NCBI RefSeq assembly: GCF_018350175.1
Contig: NC_058368.1
Coordinates: 189,164,001 to 189,228,000, forward strand
Length of the DNA stretch: 64,000 bases
Source: Felis catus
Taxonomy: Eukaryota
Direction of reading: 5' to 3'
The stretch's first letter is position 1, and every line of letters begins with the position of its first letter. This document shows, piece by piece, positions 36,059 to 47,966 of the stretch. The notes under the pieces are model-generated. The model made no database searches. It saw only the letters and a program-made list of their open reading frames with translations, and had not been told where the DNA came from. Position numbers and translations under genes: made by a program.

Positions 36059-37135
36059 CTTTAGCAGTACTTGATTCAGTAGCATCATGAATATACTCTC
36101 TGGGCTCTGGGTGCAGCCATGCATGCTTTATGGGCAGAAATAGGTTCTACATTCAGCTATTATAGAGGGGTCACCTCTAAGAAGCAGGTTCTTCTTAAAA
36201 TTCCGAGTCAATCAAAGTGTTTCTCATCTGCTATTAGTGCCTTGTAATCTCTACTGTCGGTCACTCCTTTCATATACGAAAAGTTTTTTAAAGTTGTAAC
36301 AGGCCACTTATTTATTCACACATAGTGTTTTCATTAAAATACTTACCCTGTGTTGGTCAGTGCTATTCAGGAGGGAATTTCCTATCTTAATGTGAACTCA
36401 TTTGCCTCATGAACCATTATAAAAGCAACCATTTCTGAAGTTAAACAACTTAGAGCATCCTATCTTGAGTTGCCCCTTTGGGAAGCAGCTCCATTGCAAG
36501 GACACACATGGAACAGGGAATATCTGCCCTTTAGGTTAGTGCTGTCATAAGCCTTAGGTGAGAGGAAACCTGCCTTGGGCCCTGAGCTTTAGAAGGTGCC
36601 CCCTGGACCTTGTCCACAGGGCCATGGGAATGTGCCCATCTGAAGCCTATGCCATGTCTCCTTCTAGACCATACTCTGGGGATCAAGGACCTTGGAATTC
36701 TCTGTCCAAATAACTCTGAACCCACCTTCAGTACCTCAGTACCTGAATCAACTTGTTATAGTCTGTTCTCCTGTGAGAACACATGCACAGACATATGCAT
36801 TACAAGGCCTGAGCAGGTGCAGCTGTTGGGATAATGGACTCAGACCAGGGCTTTGTCTATAGTGGACATGAGGCTGTTCACAGTATGGAACAGCATTGGG
36901 TGTGTGAAAATAACAGAGGGGGACTGGAGACCAGGTCCCAGGGGTCAAGCCTTGCTTTCCCATGGTCTGATGCTTAACTAGAATGTAAGATGGTCAAATT
37001 AGGAGGGGAAAGTCTTTTATTCAATAGTCAGCTGGGTTATAACTTAGATATTTGCCCGTACGGTACATGGGTCTTCATTTTAACAGTTGCTCCAAGTCAA
37101 GGGTAGATTTGATTTGAGGGGGAAAAAAAGCACTG

Positions 37136-37154
37136 TTTTTTTTTTGTTGTTTTG

Positions 37155-37185
<31 letters not shown>

Positions 37186-37186
37186 G
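37136..37186. repeat. T-run plus (TTTTG)n simple repeat
   Basis: Read directly. Confidence 0.9.
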
Positions 37187-38639
37187 TGTAGAACTCCTCA
37201 GGATTCAGGGCATACCTCTCCCAAGTGGAATCACGCAGACTGCTCTAGAAACCTCAGTTTCAGCTGCTCCCTAAGAATATTGCTTATCTTTTGTGGACTT
37301 TATTTTATGTAGTCTCAGTGACCAGCCAGCCCATCTTAAACTTATTGGCATTTTCGTGTGATGGGCAGCAGATTAACAAGCAGAAAATTCTATTTCCATG
37401 ATTACTTTGCTGAGTCAGAGCTAACAGAAGGAAAGAACCAGAAGGTAGGTAAAAAGCTTGTACGGACACAGGAATACGGAGAGGAGAGGGGTCCAGAGAA
37501 AGATGTTCCTTTGGGAAGGGAGCACTCTGAGCAGTGAGGGTGACAAAACTGGACACTTACCAAAAATGGCCAGGAAATAGGAGGAGGACTTGGAAGGAAG
37601 GATGGGCACCAAAAAGAAAGAAAAATAAGAAAAAAAGGTACAAAGCTAAACTACATTTCTTTTCCTTCCCTCCTGTTCATTGTTTCAGACGTCTGTAAAA
37701 AGAGAACATTTAACTTCTGGTTCCATTTAGCAGCAATTTGGACATTGTGCAGGCCCCTGAACATCACGTTTGAGAAATGGGGTCCCCCTCCTTGTCCCAG
37801 TTCTACCCTGAGATCCTGAAAAAGGGATGCTATGCCTGCATCCTCTACGGCAGAAAATCCCAGGACATCTCTCATTTCTTTCCTCGCAGGAGGAGGCGCT
37901 GACTTAGCTCCAACGAGAGGGTTATAAACTGTGGCTCCCATAGACCCTGTTCTTTGTCTCTCAGATGGAAGGTTCAGACTAGAGGGTCAAGGGAGGAGAG
38001 CCCCGAGTAGGACCTCTGTTTAAAATGAACAAAGTCCTAATTTCAAGATACTTGGGGATCTCTCCTCCAGAAACAAGACAACGCCCAGAGGCTGGCAGTT
38101 ACTGGAGCAGTCTTGAACTATAGACACTCAATGGAGTTACTCACTGGGGCTCCGGCCCCCATTGAAGTCCTGGGAGCCAATTCCACAGCCCAGCCAAAGG
38201 CAAGACTTGGCTGCCTATGTGATTAATTGCCTTTGTTCCCTCACAAAGAGAGTGTACCCGCAACAATGGGCAGTTGGAGGGGAGTGGAGTGGCCTCAACA
38301 GAGAGGCCCCTCTTCCTCCCTCAATTCCAGGGTGTGCCTGAGAGAGAGCTTCTGTGCTTCGCTCCAAAAAAAAGGTATCTTTCCAAGAGGAAATTATAGA
38401 GCTCAGAAAGTTAGTCATTAATGTAATGGTCTGAATCTACAATGAGAAAAAGATTGAAGCTGACATGATTTTTATCTTTGATATTATAGCTTCTGAAGTT
38501 GAGAAGTAATTACGTATGTTAATATTACATCCATTCGATATTCAGTGAATTTTTTTACAACTCTTTCTTAATTAATCTTCCTTTTCTCCCCCTCTCTGCT
38601 CACAGTGCTGGCAAACAGTCCTGAAATTGATCAGGGCTG

Positions 38640-38880
38640 ATGTGAAAAGAATGCAGTGAGGAATCAGAAAGATCTAGGTTTGAATTTAGACGGATGCTTG
38701 ACTTTAGGCATTTAGTAAATAAATAATACAAATAATAACTAATGCCTTTTGAAAATGCGATGTCATACCAGGCACTATGCAAAGATTTAACACACACATC
38801 ATTTCACTGAATCCTCACAAAACCTTATGGGAGATGAATTATCCTTACGTCCATTTTAGAGATGAGGAAACTGAGGTTTG
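38640..38880. mobile_element. MIR fragments (short + head; minus-strand body ~38730-38880)
   Basis: 'ccaggcactatgc...tgaatcctcacaaaaccttatg...ccattttagagatgaggaaactgagg'. Confidence 0.85.
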
Positions 38881-39679
38881 TCGGTGTACAGGCTGAGCCC
38901 CTGGCTGGAACTGCTTGCACACAGCACACGGGCCTCTGAGGATGCCACCATTTCAGCTCTACTTTGGGAGATGGTGGTGAAGGTGAAGGTAGGGTGTGGT
39001 GAATTGGGGGTAGAAATAGTAATTGTCACTGCCTCAAATCATACTACTTTCTCCATCACACCCCTTGTGTCTTAACAGTCCAGGGCTACTGCATATCCCA
39101 GGCTTCTTCCCTACCTCTAACCCCCCAAGGACCCAGTAACAGAAAGCATCAGAAAAGTAATAACAAATCTCTCTCTGCTCTTCCCTCCTCAGCAGAGGCC
39201 AGGAGTCCCAGAGAGCGGGAGAGAATTACAAAAGCAAGGAAGCCGCAGCCACTGCCCTTCAGCTTAAAATACAGACACATCAAAGAGACACCATGTGTAA
39301 ATCACAAAGAACCAGGCCACTGTCCTCACTGTTTCAATTCTCTGGCAAACCTGGGGCTCTGAGATGCCAATTGCTGTATCTCGCATTCCTGGAGGATCTT
39401 TGAGTGCCTGCCCTTTGATATTTAACAATAAGAATAGACTTATGAAGATGGATTAAGATTACATATATACGTGATTCCCACTATTGGGCCCAGAAGTCAT
39501 TTAATATCATCTGTTATCTCTATCATTGTCATTGGGTCTGGAAGCTGAGGAGGATTTGGATGAATGGAGAAGGCGAGTTTCAGGGGGATGGAGCAGAGGA
39601 AGTAAGGATTTAGAAGCATAAGCATTTGCTATAGGACACCTATGGTAATTGACCAATTCACGGATTTAGTTAATTTATC

Positions 39680-40060
39680 ATTTCATCCAACAAATACTTA
39701 TTGAGCACCTACTATACTCCAGACCCTGTGCTAAGCAATGAACAGGGAGATAAAACAATTGAGAGCCCCACACTCAAAAGGCGTAATCATCTTGGGAAGA
39801 CAGATATTCACTAAATCCAACAGACAAATTAGTATATGATTCTGAATTGTGAGTGATAAGTGCTGTGAAGGGATCTCATCTGGGTCTATAAGAAAATAAG
39901 GGAACAATCTATAATGGCTGTGCATTCAGGTAGGTCAAGGATGACATTCCTGAGCAGGGGTCTTAGGAGCTGAAGCCTGAAGGAAGAGCAGGAGTCCATG
40001 AGGCAATGAATTGGGGGAAGAGTGTTCAAGGCCTAGGGAACACCCTGTGCAAAATTGCTA
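39680..40060 (-). mobile_element. L2a 3' fragment
   Basis: 'catccaacaaatacttattgagcacctactata...ctgtgctaagc...gtgataagtgctgtgaag...gctgaagcctgaaggaagagcaggag...ggaagagtgttcaaggc'. Confidence 0.85.
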
Positions 40061-41021
40061 GGTCAGGAAGGATCGGGCCACCGGAGGATGGGGAAGGGAC
40101 AGGCAGACCTCTGCTTGACCCTCAGCAGGCTCAGACACCAAATAAAACCTATCACCTTTTCCTTACCTTTCCAAGTTCTGCTTCTCACCCCCAGCACCCA
40201 CCTGTGTCACTCCCCAAGGCTCTGTGGATTTGGTCTTCTCTCTTCTGAAGATAAGCATCTTAAGAGGCTTGTGGTCTTCCACATACTTAGGAGGCCAGAC
40301 AGAACACAAACTCCCTAAGACATAACGTTGCTTTCTCTACTCACCTTGGATGTATAATTGTAAACTGCAAAAAGCACTATGCAGGGGGAGTTCCCTTCAG
40401 ATTTCTGCAGACCCACTGCTGGTCCTCACCCACTGGGCTTGGCACTGGAGAAGGCTTATGTGCATTTGGTATTGATCTTTAGTTGCCAGCACTGACCATT
40501 ACTGCCTTTTGCTCTCCTTTCTGTGGCTTATTAGAAGAAAGCAGACATGTCCGGTGGACAAAGGAGGCAAATAATGAAAATGTTTCAATACGTTCTCAAC
40601 TGCCGATACACAGACGATAGTCACTTTCCAGATTATCTATGTATAAACCTGGATTTTCTTTATAAACAATTTGAAGACAATCTCTCTCTTACTTTTTGGA
40701 AAATGCTTTAAGGGATTAAATAACTTTAAAATCTATACAATCAATGGGTAGAGGGTCACTTGAGCAACACGGTGTCTTGTGAACAGGCTAGAGAGAAGGA
40801 GTTGTAACAGGTGATAGAATGGTGAAGGGTGACTGTTTTGCTTTGCAAGAGCTGGGTGAAAAGTGGTGCAACGGGGGGGGGGGGGAGCATATGGGGAACC
40901 ACTAGGGCCACAAACAACTGTCACATCATGACCTTTAACTTTTGACCACGAAAATACCTCCTGAGCATTTCTACTTTTATTGCACAAGAAAAGCTTGAAT
41001 ACACCTAATTTTAAAAGATTT

Positions 41022-41250
41022 GGGGTGCCTGGGTGGCTCAGTCGGTTAAACATCTGACTTCGGCTCAGGTCATGATGTCGCGGTTCATGGGTTCGAGCCC
41101 TGCAAATGGGCCCTGTGCTGACAGCACAGAGCCTGGAGCCCACTTCGAGTTCTGTGTCTCCCGATCCCTCTGCCCCTCAGCTGCTCACGCTCTGTTTCTG
41201 TCTCTCTCTCTCTCTCTCTTTCAAAAATAACATTAAAAAAAATTATTTTT
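41022..41250 (+). mobile_element. CAN-SINE (felid/feliform type)
   Basis: 'ggggtgcctgggtggctcagtcggttaa...gacttcggctcaggtcatgat...gggttcgagccc', (CT)n, A tail; TSD core AAGATTTGGG. Confidence 0.97.
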
Positions 41251-41689
41251 AAGATTTGGGTAATCCAGGAGTAGTGACAATAAAATGTGAAATTATCTCT
41301 CTTCCTGCTCCCCTCCCATTAAGCTCACTGCTCACCTGGGAGAATCATGGTCAGTCCCTTTGATGCATGTTCACACCTACATATGTACATACACATGTAT
41401 GTCATGAATACAAACGTCCCTTTCTCAGTTGAAATATCTGGGAGAGTTTACCAAGTACATGGAGACCTATCACATGCTTTGTAATAGCAACCTGGAATAG
41501 AGGTGTCCCCATAGTGCTGAGTAGATTGCTGGGATCAGACCTCGACAGAGATAAGGACAGAGCCAGGGGCAGAAGGCAGGGTTTTGCCAGTGAATGACGA
41601 GAATTCATGATCTTTCCATTTATTTCCATTTTTATTAGACCAAGCTGTATTAGAATAACATCTCCACTTTAGTATTTGCATACGGTATT

Positions 41690-41860
41690 GTTTAAACATT
41701 TACAAAGTAGGGACTGTTATTATTCCCATTTTGTAGATGGTGAAATTGAGGTTCATTTCAGGAATTATGGAACTTGCTGGAAGTCGTGCAGCTACTAAGT
41801 GATAGAGACATTAGTCTGAGGTAAGTCTTTGTATCTCTGATGTCCATGCCTTAACCATGA
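41690..41860 (-). mobile_element. MIR
   Basis: 'tattattcccattttgtagatggtgaaattgagg...gtcgtgcagctactaagtgatagag'. Confidence 0.75.
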
Positions 41861-42298
41861 CACTTGATCCCTACCTTATAATCCTTTCCACGTCATGGAG
41901 GCTTTTTAAAAAGTGAATTTTCATTTTGGTCCCCAAAGACTATCTCAAGTAGGTGAACCAGGTCTGTCTAGAGCCACAAACCTGACTGGTTTATTCCCTT
42001 GCCTGCAAGGCCCACAATCCTATGCATTCTGCAAACTCTGAGAACTCACACAGCTGCCCTTATGGCCCCCTGCCCCTGGTGACTCCGCAGGGAGATGTCC
42101 AGCCAGCCAACAAGCACCAGAGAGGCAGATTCATTGTTGGGAAAGGTGATCTGAGATGAGGTGGTGGCAGTCAGTGTGTGGATGAGGAGGTAATGCACCC
42201 ACCAAATGCAGTTATTGGAAACTGCACTCATTAGAATGCTGTAATTGGTTCCCACAGGGCATTCGAGGTTAGTGACACAGGAGAAAAAGAGGAGGGGC

Positions 42299-42303
42299 TG
42301 CGC

Positions 42304-42352
<49 letters not shown>

Positions 42353-42355
42353 CAC
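42299..42355. repeat. (TG)18 microsatellite within a 57-bp alternating purine-pyrimidine tract
   Basis: Read directly; both ends are TGCGCGCGCAC. Confidence 0.97.
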
Positions 42356-43009
42356 TGTATGGATTTTGTTTTCTTTTTTACCTTTTCTCCTCCGGGAGGG
42401 AATTTCAACCTGCCTGCCTCACGTCAGGCTCTGCGTTTGGCAGATGTGAGGTCTTCTGAGACCGGCAATCACCACCTTGCCCAGTTCTGTGTCCCTCTTT
42501 CTCTCATCCACCCTTCATCAGGAGCCTGCCTGTGAGTCTCATCCCACCTTTCTGGCCAGATAAGAAAGCTACTGATTAGCAAATTTACAGAAAGGGGTTG
42601 GAACTTGGTATGATACTCCTTACAGACTGAATGAGGCAGATAGGATTTTTCAAAGAAACTCACGTGAAAGGCAAGGCTTAGCCCCAAGTCATATGACCCA
42701 AAAATGGGGGATCTGCAGGTATCAGTGAAATGGCAAGCCATCAGCTAGATAATAGATAACACTTTGTGCCACCCACATATAAAGCTAGACATTGCCATCA
42801 GGGTGCCAGAATGTTCCCAGTTACTTCTGGGGTGAAGAAAGGAGGGGCGGTATCGTCTCACCCTTAGGGTTGGATTCTTTTTTTGAACAACCATACTATT
42901 AGTAGGTCAACACAAAAGGTGATCTCCTGATACTAAATTTAGCACTCCCAGTATGTCCAAACCTGCCTTTCTGAAAAACTTGATAGAGGGGATTATGATT
43001 TCTATACTC

Positions 43010-43168
43010 AGAAGCCAGGAAATTTCTGAGGAGCTGAAAATGTTCTACCTCTTGATCTGAGTGTGGTTCCATGGTTTTAAGCACAGTACAATTCATCAAG
43101 TCATACACTTAAGATCAGTGCATGTTACATTTCTTATATGTCTCAACTTACAAAGTAAAAAATAAATA
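43010..43168 (+). mobile_element. Old L1M (L1ME-like) 3' end
   Basis: 'aaatgttctacctcttgatctgagtgtggtt...aattcatcaag...tacacttaagat'. Confidence 0.7.
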
Positions 43169-43383
43169 TTAGTCCACTGCCAAAAACATGAGTTCTCAAA
43201 ATGTTATCTGTACACCAAATTTTCCTGAAACCCTCTCTATTCGCCTACATCCTCTCGCTACCTAGCCAAATACTGGGCTTTTATTAAGGGCCAGGTGAAG
43301 ATAAGCTTTCTAAAGAAAACCTAACCTTGGTTGCCCAAACCACATTGATTCATGTTTTCTCTTTACGGACCTACTATCAGAAC

Positions 43384-43728
43384 TGGGGACAGGTCCAAGC
43401 TTATGGGATCTGAGGTTTACACAATATGGGGATTTCTTTATAAAATAAAAATTACAAACTTATGAATACAAATTAAATTACAAAATTTAGTTACAAAAAA
43501 GGAGACTAGAGATTTCAGGTCCCTTTTCCCCTGTGAGCTCTTTATACAATTTACCATCAGTGTTCATATAATAAAGCTACCTGCTTGCAACTCAGGTTGA
43601 GCTCTGCTCAACTAGAACTCTAGAACTCTCATCACCTCCTGACCACCCCCGGAATGCGTACGGGGCAGGCAAGTGAGAGGAACTCTCGGAAGCTCAGGCT
43701 TCATCACTTTGCAGTAAATCTGGTCCAG
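43384..43728. mobile_element. Arthur1-like hAT-Tip100 deletion derivative
   Basis: Termini resembling 'gggatctgaggtttacacaatatgggga...tacaaacttatgaatacaaa' and 'aagctcaggcttcatcactttgcagtaaatctg'. Confidence 0.6.
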
Positions 43729-43890
43729 GTCAGCACGTACATGTGAGCATTTCACTTCAGCCTAGTCTGAGTAGAAACTTTGTTTCCTGCACACATGGTC
43801 AGCCTCCCTGGGTGGACTATAAAATCCTTCACGGCAAAACCACAGTTTCACATTGTTTTCAAGACTCTCACCCTGCACATGCCAGTGCCT

Positions 43891-43958
43891 TTTCTAGGAA
43901 GGGCTCGCCATACTGTTGAAATATTTTCTAGGAAGGGCTCGCCATACTGTTGAAATAT
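43891..43958. repeat. Perfect 34-bp tandem duplication
   Basis: TTTCTAGGAAGGGCTCGCCATACTGTTGAAATAT x2 (43891-43924, 43925-43958). Confidence 0.97.
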
Positions 43959-44263
43959 CGTTTGGGAGAGGGGAAAGGGACTCCCAAAGACAGGTGGTAG
44001 TGATAATGGGGAATGATAAGTCATTAGTTGGATTAAGTGGATTCTTTCCATGCTCCCACTATCCAGGTCCTGAATATTCGCCCAGCCCTACACTGAGCCA
44101 AACATCTTTTAAAAATTGGCTTGACTGAAAATTAACCTCAGGCCATATGGAAAGTAAGAGATGGTCTGGCTTGGCTCAGACAGGTAAAGTCATTTCTCTA
44201 GGCTGCCTGCACTTCTGCACGACATGAAGGATTCTACAGAGGAGAAGAAAGAAAAGAGGAAAT

Positions 44264-44267
<4 letters not shown>

Positions 44268-44317
<50 letters not shown>
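44268..44317. repeat. (GA)25 microsatellite in a polypurine tract
   Basis: Read directly. Confidence 0.97.
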
Positions 44318-44320
<3 letters not shown>

Positions 44321-44469
44321 AAGAGAAAGAGGGAGAAAGAAGATGAGAAAGAAAGGAAGGGTCTTGTAAAAACAAAAAAAGTAGGAGATTAATGGAAAAA
44401 GAATACTTAATAAAGCTCTCTTGGGCTCACACTGTCTTTTTTTCTTTCTTCCTTTTTTTTTTCTTTTTT

Positions 44470-44850
44470 GAGGCTGCTGTATTAAATTAAAGTCATACAT
44501 AGGTTTCAAAGGAAATCACATTTCTGCAGTCTGGTGAACCCACCTGACAATGCACGCTAACAGAATTGTAAATGTAAAGGGTAATGCTTGTCAGTGGCTG
44601 ACAGTTCTAAATGGCCTTTTAGTTCAGTACGCAGAGCTGTCATAAAAAAACATAAAAATGCATATGCAGACAGCTGAAACTGCTATGCACATCATTATCT
44701 GCAAATGGTATAAGTATCCTGAACAAAAGGCCTTCCAGTTTAAGGACATGCATAAGACATTTCTCTGCCTCCAGCTTTAAAACAAAGTGCTGTCAAGAAA
44801 ACAAGATTCCCAGGGCCAGAACTGAGGTTTTTCTGTCAATCAGTGAGGTG
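44470..44850. promoter_or_regulatory. Candidate TALE/HOX-bound developmental enhancer
   Basis: Six TGACA sites in 300 bp including TGATTGACAG (reverse strand) and CTGTCATAAAA; TCF and POU-like motifs; no recognisable repeat. Confidence 0.55.
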
Positions 44851-45243
44851 CTACATTTGTACATATTTTTCTGACCCTGCATATGAGAAGAGCATTCTTA
44901 ACAGATGTGTATTTAACTTCTGGCAGCTACATCTGTTTCTTCTCCATCTTCCTTCTTATTTCTTTATCATTGTTCTAACAGACCGTTGCACGGTGTGTCT
45001 TCTTGTGTACTTGTTCATCCTACCCCTATCTTTGCTTTTTTCTCATTTCCTCCAGCTCTTCTTTTCTCTAAAGAATTTATTTCTTTCTTCTTTCCTTTGC
45101 AATTTGGGAAAGTCAAGGGAGCTCAACTTTTGGACTGTGGTGATCAAATTGGTGGAGATATTTGTCTTTCCTTCCCCAAGCAATGATACCGTCTGCCCCT
45201 TTAAGATCGCAAGTTGCTTGAGGGCAAAGAAAATTTTTAGAAC

Positions 45244-45392
45244 ATAATCATTCTGAAACCTGGTTGCGTGTCAGAATCACATGAAGAACTTTGCAAACTT
45301 CTCATTTCCTGAAACCCCCCAAAGTGATCCTCCGAATCAGAGTCTCTAGGGTTGGGTCCAGGACATTTGTGTTTTTAACAGACATCCTGGCG
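45244..45392. mobile_element. MER5B-like MITE
   Basis: 'tcagaatcacatgaagaacttt...gaatcagagtctctagggttgggtccaggacatttgtgtttttaaca'. Confidence 0.7.
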
Positions 45393-45399
45393 GTTACCA

Positions 45400-45770
45400 T
45401 TTTTCATGCATTCAAACATGCATCAGACCAATATTTATTGGGCATGTACCCTTGTGGCAGTCAGTGTTCTAAGCACCGGGCATGTCTCTGTGGATGGAAA
45501 GACAAACTCCCTGACCCCTAACAGCTTGCATTCTATTCAGCGAGACAGGTCAATAAACAAATACATGTATAACTATGTTTGGTGCAGAGAGAGACAAATA
45601 TTTGAAGAACATAAAACGGGCAATGGAGCGGAGAGGGGCAGGAGCCAGGCTAAACGATTTACATGTGGAGGTCAGCAAGCTCTTCCTGAGGAGATGACAG
45701 AGGATCTGGGAACTGTATGGTGAGGAGTCAGCCATGAGAAGATCTGAGGAAGAAGTTGCCTCATCTTATG
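45400..45770 (-). mobile_element. L2a 3' fragment
   Basis: 'tcatgcattcaaac...aatatttattgggcatgtac...gtgttctaagcaccggg...aagacaaactccctgacc...ttcctgaggagatgaca...gagtcagccatgagaagatctgagg'. Confidence 0.75.
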
Positions 45771-46305
45771 CTTTCAACAGAATAGAAAATATTACTAAAG
45801 TAGCCAAACTGAGACTGACACCTCTGTGCCAAGTGAGATGTAGGCCAATCAAGCCCAAGCCTCACCCCTGTTTCCACATCTATCCAAATCCTGCCCAAAC
45901 TTTGGGGTCACCCTGAAGTATAAACTTCATCTGAGAGGCATCCATCAGCACATCTGTCCACCCAATGTATGTGGAGGATGTATTCTAATACAGGTCTGTG
46001 TAGGACTTTCTATAATAAGTTCCCTAATCGAGCTCAATTTGAACGCCATTATTTCTGAATTCTTAGAATGTGGACCACAAAAACCAATTTCCTATCAGGC
46101 TGCATGTATGGGTAAGCCTTTTAAATAAGACTTTACATTTCTCAGGCTAGGGGCCATATTTTACAACTTCACTGTTTCTGGCCCACTGAGTCACTGTTCC
46201 TGGCCCGCTCATCTTTCATGAGCTTTTAAGTTTTAAGTCGAAGGCTTAAAATCTCCAGATGAATTTCAAAGAGAGATAGTGACCTTTAATAGTGGTTTTC
46301 CCCCA

Positions 46306-46429
46306 GGAGCGCCTGGACGGCTAAGTCAGTTGAGCGTCCGACTCTTGATTTTGACTCAGGTCGTGATCCTGGGGTCATGGGATCTAGCCCTGTGTTGGGC
46401 TCTGTGCCTGGCATGAAGCCTTCTTGAGA

Positions 46430-46490
<61 letters not shown>

Positions 46491-46553
46491 TCTCTCTCCC
46501 CACACCCTCTGACCCTCTCTATCGTTCTCTCTCTCTCAAATAAATTTAAAAAA
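46306..46553 (+). mobile_element. CAN-SINE (older subfamily) with an expanded (CT)n tract
   Basis: 'gcgcctggacggctaagtcagttgagcgtccgactcttgattttgactcaggtcgtgatc'; long CT run ~46433-46497; A-rich tail. Confidence 0.95.
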
Positions 46554-46654
46554 ATAATTATTTCCCCCCAATGAGCAATGACGACTCCATTGTTGGGCAT
46601 AAACTGAAATGCAGAACTTGGAAGACAGTATGGCCAATTGACTGAAAAGATGGG

Positions 46655-46840
46655 CCCTGGAGTAAGAGATCCACTAGCTGTGAGAATGGACAAATCATGA
46701 AGCCTTGGTTCACTTACTTAAAAACGGTGATAACAGTAAGACTTACATGAGCTAGTTATTGTGAAGGTTAACTGAAATAAGTATGCATGATGCTTAATAC
46801 ACTGTCACATACAGTAGACACTTAATAAATGCTATCAATT
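46655..46840 (+). mobile_element. MIR
   Basis: 'ctagctgtgagaatggacaaatca...ttattgtgaaggttaactgaaataagtatg...acagtagacacttaataaatgcta'. Confidence 0.7.
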
Positions 46841-47567
46841 ATATTTATCATGATTATTACTTTCTATTGCACTATGAGTATAGGACACTGCCATGTGACA
46901 AACCGAACCAGTCTTCCGACCTCTGAACATTGCTGTTTTCCCTTACCTTGAAAGATCTAGAAAGTATAATCTCTCCCAGAGCCAACATGTCCAGTTACCC
47001 TCTGGAGCCCCTCTAAGGAAGGCATCATTTTTTATACTATGCTTTCTTACTATATTTTCTTCTAATAGAACTTAGGTCTTCAGCTTTTATAAAAAATAAT
47101 GCTGTCCTGCTCCATCTCCTGGGGTTTACTCTTGCTAAGAGCAATCGCTTTTTATTGAATGTGCAATTTTGTTGCTATGGAAAATATAGTGATTAATGAG
47201 ACCCTGTGACCAAGGTTAGTTGGGACAGGTTTGGACTGGTTAGCATCACGTCCTTACTTTTCACAATGCCAAAGTTGGCTACAGTAGGAACTGCATTATC
47301 AACCCCATTAGTAACTTTTCAGAGAGGATGTAGTTAATAAAAGGAACTACTGTGTTGTGTACAATTGTAAAAAGATTCAGATGTAACCTAAGAGGTCTCA
47401 AGTGGTGGAATATATAGTAAATATAACTTTTAGTTGCAGAAAAGGAAGAAAAATTAACAAAATAAATAGGAATTTGTAGAATTTACCATATAGGTGGTAA
47501 ATATATTACCACATAATTTTCAAAATTATAACAGTGTGAAGAGATGCTTATATTATACATAATTTGA

Positions 47568-47672
47568 ATTATATATATAAAACATATACATATTTGTGTG
47601 TATATATAATTATGTATATTGTATATGTGTGTATATATGTGTGTATATATAATTATGTATATATATATTATT
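47568..47672. repeat. Degenerate (TA)/(TG) low-complexity tract
   Basis: Read directly. Confidence 0.85.
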
Positions 47673-47826
47673 TTTAGAGTTAAAAAGGACATCAAGAGTC
47701 CTCAGTATACTCTTTGTAGGGAGAAATATATCTCACAGTATTCCCATAGATATTCTGAATTAATTACCTCACTGTCTTCAGAAGTAGTCCTATTGGAAAA
47801 GTTCTACACTTTAATCTGACACCTAT

Positions 47827-47966
47827 GGGGCACCTGGGTGGCACAGCTGGTTAAGCGTACAACTCTCATCTCACTCAGATCTTGATCTCATGGTGGTGAG
47901 TTCAAACCCTGCACTGGACTCTGCGCTGGGCCTAAAGCCTACTTAAAAGAAAAATTAAAAAAAAAA
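47827..47966 (+). mobile_element. Short CAN-SINE lacking the CT tract
   Basis: 'ggggcacctgggtggcacagctggttaagcg...gtgagttcaaaccctgcactggactctgcgctgg...agcctacttaaaa' plus A tail; TSD-like gaca(c/t)cta. Confidence 0.9.

Noticed and set aside
37868..37990. Strong-looking splice acceptor 'ctcatttctttcctcgcag|G' at 37889/37890
   Set aside because: No convincing donor or coding frame downstream; isolated acceptors are common. RNA-seq junction reads would be needed.
40543..40562. p53 response element at AGACATGTCC
   Set aside because: Only one half-site; the adjacent decamer does not fit RRRCWWGYYY
40873..40885. G13 homopolymer as a functional G4
   Set aside because: Isolated homopolymer with no supporting context; length may be unreliable
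43891..43958. CRISPR-like direct repeat of 34 bp
   Set aside because: Only two abutting copies with no spacer, in mammalian DNA with no cas genes
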